Position numbers and translations under genes: made by a program
Source of the DNA: Anthoceros angustus
Lineage: Eukaryota; Plantae; Anthocerotophyta
DNA: 64,000 nt
NCBI GenBank assembly: GCA_010909165.1
Contig: VJWM01000007.1
Span: forward strand, 62,001-126,000
Direction: 5' to 3'
In this document: piece after piece, positions 46,700-57,268 of the stretch
Numbering within the stretch: the stretch's first letter is position 1
How the letters are laid out: the number at the start of each line of letters is the position of its first letter
Notes under the pieces: model-generated
Database searches by the model: none
Told to the model about the DNA's origin: nothing
Seen by the model: only the letters and a program-made list of their open reading frames with translations

Positions 46700-48270
46700 C
46701 GGTATGGAATGCTAGAAGGAACCACGAACATGGAATTTCTTTGCGGTCAGTAGCGGGCGATTCGTGTCAGAATTAGATGTGAGGCGGGAAAATATGTCAA
46801 CCCCGAGATGCGAGGCCAATTGCAGGGACAACGTGGGAAATGACAGCGTTGTTGAATGATATAGAGTTGGAAAAGGATCGTGATCTTGTGGCCTTCCCGA
46901 GGAGGAGGATAGTGGGAATGGGAGAATCCATCGAGATGGATAGTAGGGCAAAGGATGTGAGGAGGCAAGGCATGAGGGTCACAGAAGGGGAACCCGCCGA
47001 TGGTGGTGGAAAACAAGTGACAACGAATGTGCAGGAAGGTAGGAGGAATGGCAGGGGAGAACAGGGCAATAGTAAAATCCAAGAAGGGCAGGCACATAAC
47101 CATAGCAACGGTCGACCATGGGAGGACGCGACGTCGATTGAGGTGGTAGGCAAGGGAGCACACAAGCAACCGGCAAACAAGAGAGGGCTGCGAGCGGCAA
47201 AAGAAGGAAACGCCATCGGAAGGCAGGTAAGGGCAACGCGGCTGACACCATTGACGATAGCAAGGGCGATGATGTAGTGGTCCCAACAACCTTAGGAACG
47301 AGTGTGTTTGGGGCAGGAACGGGCATTGGTCATGTTCGTGGAGGGAGAAACATAGTGGCTGTGGGTGGCTGGGCGAAAACGGGGCCAACAAAGAACATGT
47401 TGGGGAGTGCGGCGTCACCATCAAGTGAGAGGTGTGCCACGTCTCTTCGTAGTATGGGGCCAGGTACATATGGAGGGAATGGCAGTATCCAGCGAACACC
47501 AAGGTAGGTTGTGGCGCAACAAGATGGTCAGGAGGAAGAAGAAAGGCCAGCCGGGGGGGAGCATGGGGTCACCACATGTGTGCCCAATGCTGTAAAACAA
47601 ACGTTGCCCTCGATGGGGGCATGCGGAAAAGGGAGGCTAGTGACAGAAATGAGACATCTATCCAGGGGATTCGAGCAGCATGCAATTGGTAGGTTGACGA
47701 CGTCACCGCATGGTGACAAGGAGGAAGAAACAGGGAGGTGGAGGAAGAGGACCTAGATGACAACGAGCTCGTGCCAAACTTTGTACCTGACACATACCTA
47801 ACAGAGTCTGAGGCCGAGAGCATGGACCTGCACAGTGGGGCTCCAGTAGAGGTGATGCAAGTTGTAGAGAAGGGAGGAGGCCGGAAGAGGAATGCTCCAC
47901 CGAATGGGGAGGAAGAATAACACTACGAGGTCAGGTCTTGAAGCGGTTTCGACAGTGACAAAGCAGGTGGCGAAGTGGCTAAACAAACCAGAGAGAAGGC
48001 CGCGAATGTAAGCATGCAAATTGCAATTTCTGGTTGCCCGATTCTCTACGTTGAGGGCCAAGGGCCATAGGTATGTCGCTGTGTATGCAGCAATTGCATA
48101 ATACCTACACCACAGGAGGAGAAACACAGGTACATGATGGTAGAAAAATGGCCGCAGACCAAAAGAGGAAGGGGAAGGCCAAAATTGCAAGTCGTGCGGA
48201 AGGTCAAGAGTTTCTAGCAATTTCCTACGATGTGGAGTAGGCATGGCATGTACCATGTACTAGGCGAGGA
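46700..48270 (+). pseudogene. Third degraded coding region of the element, or further exons of the MTase gene; function unknown
   Basis: Purine-rich ORF pieces 46840-47277 and 47738-47920 (EEEDLDDNELVPNFVPDTYLTESEAE), plus a Cys-rich piece (CRCVCSNC, about 48075-48100). Confidence 0.35.
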
Positions 48271-49997
48271 GCCAGCACCTACAACCCCACTTCACGGCCC
48301 AACGAGAGGAGGGGCACGTGAAACGCTTTGGGCGCTAGGATGAACCGGCATGTGTAGCATGCATTAAAAAACCATTATGTTGTATTTTGGACCGTATGGG
48401 TTTGAAAGAATAGAAACATTATACGGGTGATGCATACAAGGGTACGGTACACGGGTGACGTATAAGGCACTGCACAAAATACGGTGCACAAAAATACACC
48501 TAAAATATGCAGACCAGGGTGAGCGTATTGCAAAAATGAGTACGAAAATACGACACAAAAAATACACTACCTAAATATGTAAAGGTCACATATAGGTATT
48601 AGAATAATCACATCGGGGAATACGTGTATGAAAGCATATATATATAATACAAGTACAGCCAGTACACGTATTACAATAATGGCACAGGCAAAATACGGAA
48701 GTACAAGCAACAACGGTTAAGCTAGATGGAGAGGAGGTTCGGTACCAAGCCTGCAAAACTATAACAAGAGACGATGTAACACTTTGGTTATTGCAATTAT
48801 GTTGAAATTTAGAGAGGGGACACATACCACCTCTCACAACATTGCAACATACTTCAACAAGACTGTAACAAGGTGGAGGGTTGGTTTTCCAACCTAACTA
48901 TAACAAGGGGCCCCAAAAGTGTAAGAAGACCCCAAGATTTTAACATAATTGCAACAAGGGGGAGTCCAAATCTTAACATAAAGTGTAACATGGCTGCCCT
49001 TTTCTAGTAGGGACAAGAGGAGTCAAGTCAACGTCATGACTCCCGGGAGGATTGACCAGATGAGGGTCAATGTGATCACCACCATCATCCGGCAAACATA
49101 TAGCGGATATATATTTATCACGCTACGTCGTGAGTTTTTGGAGGAGATCATTCGAGGAAGTGTCTCGATGTAAAAATCTTCATCAGAATTAGAATATGCA
49201 TGTAAATGGTAATTCTGCAGAGAACTATTATAAATTGTGTTTTCTAAATCTTCAATGCATTTAATTAAACGATTGAGACAAAAAAGAAGCAATGATAATT
49301 GTTGAATTGTGGCCTTATGATCTAGTTCTGCATCTAACTTGATGGATTCTACAATTGGCTGTAGGAAATTGGTGTTAGTGGAAGCAGTAGACCAGCAAAA
49401 ATGTTTGGGAGATGTTAGAGTGCAAGTATAATTGATTCTACTTGTGAGTAGCTAAAACGAGAAAGTAGATCTCTTCTAGCAAGCTTGATCAATTGTCCTT
49501 GTTCCTTGATTTTCTGATTTGATTATAATAGCTCCAATGTAGTTGCTAATAATCTTAGAATCTGCTTCAACTTGATCTCTAATGTGCTTAGCATTGATGA
49601 TGTTTGGTCGTTTCTCCTTTGTTGCAGTCTTGGATCTCTTTCTATTCTCTTGTCTACCAGGATTTGAGAAATCCATAGTACATAGACAAGAGAAATATAC
49701 ATCAAGTGTGCATTATAAATGTATGAAATAAAGCATAATGAAATTGCCGCCAAATTGAAGGCCTCCTTGGAGAATAAGCTCCATATAAATGATCTAGAAT
49801 AGAAAATGCATAGCACGATTGATGCCTCAAAGGATGGCAAACAATATGCTTGAAAATCTGAGCCGAATCTCTCATACCATGATGAAAATCATGCACACAT
49901 ATTTGCACAAAAGCTTGTTGCATTGCATAATAAAAGTACATGCCTTGATATAGGCAAGGTGGTTATAACCGTAAGTGGTTATAACCAATAAATAGTT

Positions 49998-50261
49998 GTA
50001 ACTAATATAACAACTAACTACCTAAATAACTAAATAAAAGGAACTACTTAGTGCCCTATAATTAATTAATATTTAATTCTAGACGTCCTAGTGAATAGTG
50101 CCCTATTAGGTATATATTTCATCAGGTCCGTCCTCGCGCTCCTCTCGGGTAAGGCTCCAATTGTCTTAGGGTCCTGTGAGAACTTACATAACATTCCTCT
50201 ACCAGCTCGAGGTTGTTGTAGGCCCAATGGCGGCCATAGACCTACTGAAGGTGTATGTTGT
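49998..50261. repeat. 263-bp direct repeat, copy 1
   Basis: GTAACTAATATAACAACT...CATAGACC(T/C)ACTGAAG(G/C)TGTATGTTGT is highly similar to 55968-56228. Confidence 0.93.
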
Positions 50262-53200
50262 TGTGGACAGGAGAAAACTATGGACTCCCCCTTAGGAAGG
50301 TAATAGATAGTTTTTTTTGTGGTTTTCGTTAGTGTTTGGGTAGGAAATAAGGCGGAAAAAGGGAAATAAGGTTGAATAGGGGAATAGCGATGACCAGGCG
50401 ATGGGTGAGCCTCGGATGTGCCACCCCGAACTAAACTCCGGAGTAGGCCACTCCGGACTTAACTCCGGAGTACAACGCGGTAAGTCCACTGGAAAAGGTA
50501 ACTTTGGAAAAGGGTGGAGCGACAGGCAAGGGGCCAATGACCCAGTGTGCAGTCTTTGAGAGGAGGACGGGCATGCGAGACCGTACGTAGGGTGCCGGGC
50601 CGCTATAGGCAGACAACCACCGACCCAGGACATGCGCCAAGAAGGCGCGCGGGGCTAGAGTACACGATGCGGGACTGCAGCGATTCTTGGCGCGAGGACG
50701 TCTTCCTGCTTGCATTACTGTAACGCGCCGACACCGAGAGAAGGCCATTCTCGACCGACTTCTCGGCTAGCCATTTCTGGCTTTTCGCACCAGCATCCCG
50801 CTCCGGCACCTTCTCTTCCGACGCCCAAGCGTATCGCCGAGCGGCCATCGCCTTCAAACTGCGCACTCATCGCTTCGGAACTTAGCGGGAGCATCCTTGC
50901 CTACCATCCCTCAGCAGCGGACCAGCCAGAGCGCAAGCATGGGACCGAAGAAGGCGGCGGAGGTCTGGGAGCCCTGGCGCTTGGTAGAAAGAACATCGTC
51001 ACAAGGCACTACCCAGATTTCGGCCCCTGGCTGGTTGAGGCGAAGGAGCTGGTGTAGAAGTGGCACCTAGATATTTTCCAGGCAGTATGGACTTTTGATA
51101 GCGTGGTGTTGGTCCGGGAATACGCCCGAAAGATGTTGGCGGCGGCCACCAAGTCCGTCCGCTCCAAGAGCTTGCGAGAGGACATGAGGAGGTGGACTGT
51201 GGAGGTCCTTAGGGCGGTCTATGATCGCCCAGTGGAGGAAGTAGGGGGCGTAACGCCGGAGCCCCTAAAGGTGAAGGGGAAGGTGGAGGCCGCTAAGGTG
51301 GCGCTCTTGAGGCCGGGGACGTAGCGGTCCTCTAACGAATGGCTCATGTCGGACCTACTGGACCGATGAGTGAGGGCAGTGGCGAAGATTATCATGCACT
51401 GGAACATGCTCACCAAGGTAGACCACCTTGGTGACAATCTGCTGGTTTTCTTGCACACCCTTCAGAGGGGCAAGAGGGTGGATTGGGGGCGGATCATCTT
51501 CGCCCGTATTGCTCAGGAGTCGAGGAAGTTGAGGAACCAGAGGCCACCCCGTCGGCGTTGTCCCTGCTCATATCGCCATGTGGGGACACCTCAACCCATA
51601 CGGCCGCCTCCCGAGCAGGTCGACGCCAGAGGCGGAGTGGGAGGAAAGAGCACAGGAACCGGAGGGCCGGTCGCCCAAGGCAAGGCACACTCAGGAGGAC
51701 GACGACTGGGAGGGAATTCCTGACTCCATACGCCTGGAGCGGACCCCCTCTCCACTAAGGGAAGTATGGGAGGATATTCCCGCTTCCCTTCTCTTGGTTC
51801 CTCCGCCAGAACGGCCATCCCCAGAGGCTACTACGACGTGGATGGAGATGGTGGCACCCCACAATCTACTACTCCGGTCCAGCCATGCCTCGACGGACTG
51901 TGAGGGAAGCAAAGAAACGGCACCCACTTCCACCGCCCCAAGGACAGCTCCGGTACCCTTACCCTTGCCAACGGAGTGGCAGGAGGCGGAAGAGGTAGTG
52001 AGGAGGGCGAAACGCGATGCAAATTCTGTTGCCCAAGGGCCATCAAAGGGACCTTCAAGAACTCCACCCCGAGCCGCAAGATCGGCCCCCATCTTCATTA
52101 CGAGGGAAAACGGGCCAGCTCCTATTCCCTCACCACCTCTCGACCCTGCCCAAGGCGGGCAACCCAGGAGTTAGCGGCCAAGAGAGCCAAGGAGGGAAGC
52201 GGCTCAACACCCGGATCCAGACAGGGACCTAAGGGTCTGATTGGGTCCGAGTCCCTAATCCGGACTCACTCGAGATGCGGTATGGCGGTCTGAACGACCG
52301 AGATGCCTACGCCCGACGGACTTCTCGGGGGTCTCACCGGTAGCCGGTAGTGGAGGAGACACGGCGAGTTTGGCAACCATCATGGGCCAGCATACTGGGG
52401 TCTGCAGGGGTGAGAGAAGACCCAGGTGGGGAGCCACCCGAAGACGCAGGGCGAACGGTGGAGCCTCGGTCAGGCGGAGGCAGACGGTACGCAAGAGGAA
52501 GCGGAGTCCTCGGCTAGGGTCGAGGAGGAGAAGCGCCCACGGCAAACGGAGGCAAGGTCCGCCAGCGGCAGACTAGGAGTGCTCTGAAGATAGCGGTGAA
52601 GCACGCCAAGAGGCGAGTGCGCACCGGAGGATCTGCAGAAAGTGCGAGGAGGCGAGGAAGAACGTCGAGGTGAAGGCCAAAGAATTGGTGGAGGCAGGGA
52701 GAAGCCAGCTAGGTGTTGGAGGCTCGGCTGAAGAGGCAGAGAGGCGAGGTCATAGACCGATAATGACCACTACCGCCGGATGATGGGAACCGTGGAGGGA
52801 GGCGGCGGGGGCAGCACAGCAAGCGGGCGACAGTAGCGAGCAAGCGTGGAGTGGCCGTGGAGGAGATGGAAGCAAGCACCAAGGAGATGGGGGACCTCCG
52901 GCATACAGCTCAAGATTTGGATGGCGCCAAGAGTTAGAAGGCCGAAGAGACTGGAGGCTGCGCCCGGAAGTAGAAGGAGGAGGACTCCTCCAAGGAGCAA
53001 TTGAGGATCATAGCGGGAGATAGAGCGACTCCAGCTCTGAGGGCGGAGAGAAACGCCGTATAGCGAGGCGTCACCGAGCCGGAAAGAGAGATGACGATAG
53101 GCGTGCGGAGGTTGCACAGGCGGTTGGAGCGGATATGCGGCCTGAAGGAAAGATGGCAAAGGCGGGAGGCTCGGGGAGGAGCAGATCGCGATCCGCCTAC

Positions 53201-55967
53201 TGAGCGGAGGCGGAACTACAGTCTATGGTAGGAAAAGCTTAGTAGAGGCTGGCAGCCGAGAGGAGGCCCAGCGAGGAGGCAACGACTCTAGGGTGTGAGC
53301 CTTAACGCTTCACGGGACTGGCCGGAGGCTGAGACATACCTCGCTGATGGGGGGGCGCAGCAAGCAACAAGGCACACCCACCTGCCGGAGAATCTCTAGG
53401 CCGAGTATCGGGTGCCAACGATGTGGAGGAGGCCATCCAAATCGACTCGACTTTGTGTATTATCACGCAGCCCCCGGCATGCGGAGCGGCCACCACGCTT
53501 GCGAGATGAAGGCCGGAAGGAAGTTGGAGCTGGAGAGAGCCAAGGGCCCAGGGAGGCGGCGTCACGAGAGATCTAGGAGCCCTGTTTGGTGACGCAGAGC
53601 GGCAGCGGGGAGGCCCGGAGGAGAAACCCAGCAGGAGGGAGGAGAGGCGGAGACAACAAGACCGGTGAGGTAAGTCGCACCCAACGTCGGGAGAAGAGTT
53701 CGGGAGGCGGACACGGAAGAGGAGTCCTGGAGGCTGGATAGGGGACCCCAAGCGAGGAGGGATGAGTAGGAGCGAAGGAAGGAGGTCCTTCGAGAAGACG
53801 GACTCCAACTCCAGTTTGGATGTCGGAATTAGAGAGGGCGGACCCCAGGTCCGACTCAAGAGGTGAGAATGACCAGAGGTCCGGACTCGAGGAGAGGATG
53901 CACCAGGTCCGCAGTTCGGAGGTGAGGACGGACCTGCAGGGGTGGACTCGGGAAAGTGAGGGCGGACCTCAGTCCTGACTCGTGAGGGGAGCAAGTTCAA
54001 GATGGCTCTAACCCGGTGGGAGGTGAGGGGTGGATACAGTCACCCCAACTCCACCGGGAAGAACGGGCCCTGGACGGACCAAGGCAAGGACCCACCAAGC
54101 CAATGGGAGGTGAGGAGGAAGACTTGGTGGTCACTGCAGGTTGTCCAGCCCACCTCCGGTGGCGCGACTGGCAGAGTCGGGGAGGTAGGAGAAGAGCCTC
54201 ACTTGAGGACCTTCGCCCGGATCATCAGATTGGGTGAGCCCAGTGCAGAGGGAGCTCGGCTGCCACGCCGAGGGAGGAATCATGGTCAACCCAGGCCCAG
54301 CCTTGGTAACGTAGGTAGGGAAAAAGGAAGAAGGAGGGCCACTTCCTGAGGCACAATGTGGGCTGGACACTGGCTTAGATTGGGGGTGTAGCAGGCGCTG
54401 CCCTCGGGGCGTAGTATAAGAGGGCGGCGCCATCAAGTAAAGGGATCTTTCTTTGGGGTTGATACCGCGTTATCCTTGCAGGCCCTTGTGTGTCCCTTGC
54501 TAACGCAAGTCCAGAGTCACCGAAATGGGCACTACTCGGAGAGGCGATCCAGTCTTGTGATGGACCCTAACGTGTGGTGGTGTGTGTGTCTGGCGGAAGG
54601 ACCCGGACGAGGGTTCGGCGGCCGAACGAGCGGGCGTGATTAGCCGGGACTCAGGAGGGCGTCTGAGCCCGAGACCCGGGAAGACACGGGAGGTCTCCAG
54701 CCGAGTCTGTAGGTCCACCATGCAGGTGACCCTCAGGCGCGCCAGTGGGTGGTAGGAACGGTAGGAGAGGCCGAGGAAGGAGTAAGGAAGATCGATGGGT
54801 TTCGGACGCAAACGCCTTGGTTATGGTGGCCATCCCGGCCCATACGGGTGAACAAGTAGAGCGGTTTAGAGGACGGAAAACGGACATGTTGCGGTAAGCG
54901 GCCTCAAATAGGCCATCTTCCTTAACGACGGAGAGTTGCTTAAGCGGACGTGTCTCATGAGACAAGACATTCCCTTGGAAGCGGACCCCACTTGCAACAT
55001 CGGGTTAAGTGCGCGTTTTGAACTGGCCAAAGCATTAAGTGCTACCCACATTTTGGCCGTTGCGGCGTGAATGAAAAGCCTGCGAATATAGTGAGTTGTA
55101 TGCATAGAGTGGATGCGTGGAGGACGAGCGACGGTCAAAACCAAATCGTCAAGAGGGTCAGACGTCGTTACCTCAAGAGCACTCATGACAGGAGAAGCAG
55201 ATACGGGTGCGAAAGTGCCAACAACCAAGTAAGAGAGAGTGTGGTGGAGCTGTTGGACCAAGAGGAGTACAGGTGAAGGCCACAAATTTGAGAGTCGATC
55301 AGTAGCCCTCAGCCTTATGGTAGTAGGTATGGCTCCTACCTCGACTAAGCAGGCGTACTCCATATTTGAGGCAAGAGAGAGAGATCTTTGTGGAGGATTG
55401 GTCGGCCCGGACTCAAGGGAGAGCCGATGCTGACGCCTCATCACTTCCCAAGGTTCTTAGAGCACGGTCAACGGTACCACCGAGTACCAAGCACATGGCA
55501 GCCCCAGGTATGCTGGAAGCTTTGAAGGAGGCCTTCCTAGAGAGGTTCCGGGGAATTGACGAGGAGGGACTGCAGCCAGTTGGAGAACCCGCAGAGGGGC
55601 AAAAAAGGAAGTTGGGCCTGCAGTATTGATCAGGTTCTAGCACACTCGATAGGTATCCACTCACACCACCATGAAGGCAGTAAGGTGGTTCGCGACTGGT
55701 CTGGCTAAGCCTATGGCTAAGCACGTCCTGTTGCTAGTCGAGAAGGATGTGAGTAAGGCAGTCAGGGCGGCCGAAAACTACAAAGAATCATCGCACCAGA
55801 GGAAGAGAAATCTACCCAGGGGGGTAAGAAGAAGAAGAAGAGAAGGAGTTCAAAATCCGAGGAGGAGGAGTCTTCGGAAGAGGAGGATGAGGAGTTTGAA
55901 GTCTCATCGAGGAGGAGGAAGAAACCTGGAGAATCAGGTCTTGGCGGAGGCGTACTTTCAGCAGCAA
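50262..55967 (+). mobile_element. Ty3/gypsy segment A in permuted order: accessory ORF (about 50930-53200), PPT, LTR (54031-54823), PBS-like site, gag remnant (about 55000-55900)
   Basis: Accessory ORF KNIVTRHYPDFGPWL..VREYARK..KVDHLGDNLLVFLHTLQRGKRVDWGRIIFARIAQE, followed by a coiled coil. PPT GGGAGGTGAGGGG then TG at 54031. Gag motifs LEALKEAFLERF and WFATGLAKPM..KAVRAAENY. Confidence 0.7.
54031..54823 (+). repeat. LTR of segment A (approximate ends)
   Basis: Preceded by the PPT and followed by TGGTGGCCATCCCGG. Shares the exact block GGGCGTAGTATAAGAGGGC (54407-54425) and the downstream order of motifs with LTR B. Confidence 0.6.
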
Positions 55968-56228
55968 GTAACTAATATAACAACTGACTATCTAAATAAC
56001 TAAATAAAAGGAACTACTTAGTGCCCTATAATTAATTAATATTTAATTCTAGAGCGTCCTAGTGAATAGTGCCCTATGGGTATATATTTCATTACATCCT
56101 CGCGCTCCTCTCGGGTAAGGCTGCCAATTGTCTTAGGGTCATGTGAGAACTTGCATAACATTCCTCTACCAGCTCGAGGTTGTTGTAGGCCCAATGGCGG
56201 CCATAGACCCACTGAAGCTGTATGTTGT
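55968..56228. repeat. 263-bp direct repeat, copy 2
   Basis: Matches 49998-50261 and sits between the converging gag remnants of segments A and B. Confidence 0.93.
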
Positions 56229-56623
56229 CCTCACTCGCCCACAGCTGGAAATCAATGAGATCCTGTGAGCACACTTGGCCCACAAAGCATTCAAACATAG
56301 GCATTATGATTTCCGACAGATCGTGCGGCATGGAATCCCTCCTTCTTGTCTTCCCCTTCTTAGGACTAGGTGTTTTCCTTATGACCCCTTCCAATCTGGC
56401 TTGCAAGAGAGAAAATGAGAAAGGCACTCCCTTCTTCCTTTCCTCAGTTCTTAGCCCACCTACGCCAGGCGGACTTTTCTTGTGGCCCGGTACGCGCCAC
56501 AATCCGTGTCGTTGTAGGAAGGAGTTCGTTCCCAAGGGAATAGCGGCTCCGTTCGCGTTCGATTCTCGTCTTACTTCGTCACTTCGGTCAACGCACACAC
56601 CCTTAGTTCACGTCTAACTACCA

Positions 56624-57268
56624 TGACAAACACCGAGGCGGTATGGCCAAGCGTTTAAGGACCCGTTCGCGTCCGTTCGTTCCGTTCGTCTCTCACCTCT
56701 CGTCCTCCTCTCTCACACTACACTTATCGGTCTTAAGGAAAAGGCGGGTTACCGATCCGGACCTCCTCCGTTCCGGGCCTCTCCGTCCGGGCTGCCGCCC
56801 TCCAGTCCCTCCGGCTCACGTTCGGTCCGTTCGGCGGGCGCGGCTCTGCAGGCGAACGGGTCCCGATCACCCTTCCCACGCACACACCACAACGTTAGGT
56901 CCGTCACGGGACCACGATCAATCCCTCCGGTCGTGCACCTTTCGGTGACTCGGGACTCACGTTATCAGAAGACACACAAGGTGCAGAGCGGCATCAACAC
57001 CAAGAAAGATGATTTATCTGTGGCAGCCCTCTTATACTACGCCCGGTCGGCGTCTTTATTACACCCTATTACGGTGGCGGCGGTCGGTATACCTAATCGG
57101 CCGCCTACCATCCTATTTCCTTCCTATCTCCTTCGCGGCGGTGGGGGGAAGGTCCGGGTTCCCTTGGGATTGGTGGTCCAATCTCCGACAGTGCGCGCAA
57201 TCGGATGATCGCGGACCCCTCCTCTCCGGAATCACATCGGGTTGGGCTCGGCGGTCGGCGACGTTACC
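56624..57268 (-). repeat. LTR of segment B
   Basis: Minus strand: PPT GGGAGGATGACGG|TGGTAACG ... GTTTGTCA|TGGTAGTTAGACG (PBS-like). The TATA block matches LTR A at 57026-57044. Confidence 0.65.

Larger units (their letters stand above)
36040..48300. mobile_element. Large DNA transposon (Sola-like/DUF7869-like transposase) carrying a ParB-like + N4C/N6A methyltransferase gene and a third degraded ORF; termini not resolved
   Basis: Divergent transposase and methyltransferase genes, a shared GC-rich palindrome distributed from 36639 to 46134, and shared modules at 36178-36260 and 46347-46402. Confidence 0.65.

Noticed and set aside
36040-48300. Bacterial or phage contamination as the source of the ParB-MTase
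   Set aside because: The gene has GT-AG intron-like interruptions, shares palindromes with the eukaryotic-type transposase gene, and is embedded among plant TEs. A chimeric assembly cannot be fully excluded without reads.
35100-48900. Terminal inverted repeats and TSD of the MTase transposon
   Set aside because: By-eye comparison of the candidate ends found no convincing TIR pair, so the boundaries are left approximate.
48800-49960. AT-rich ORF remnants (49023-49292, 49476-49676) as a viral or gag gene
   Set aside because: No motif could be recognised, so the region is left unassigned.
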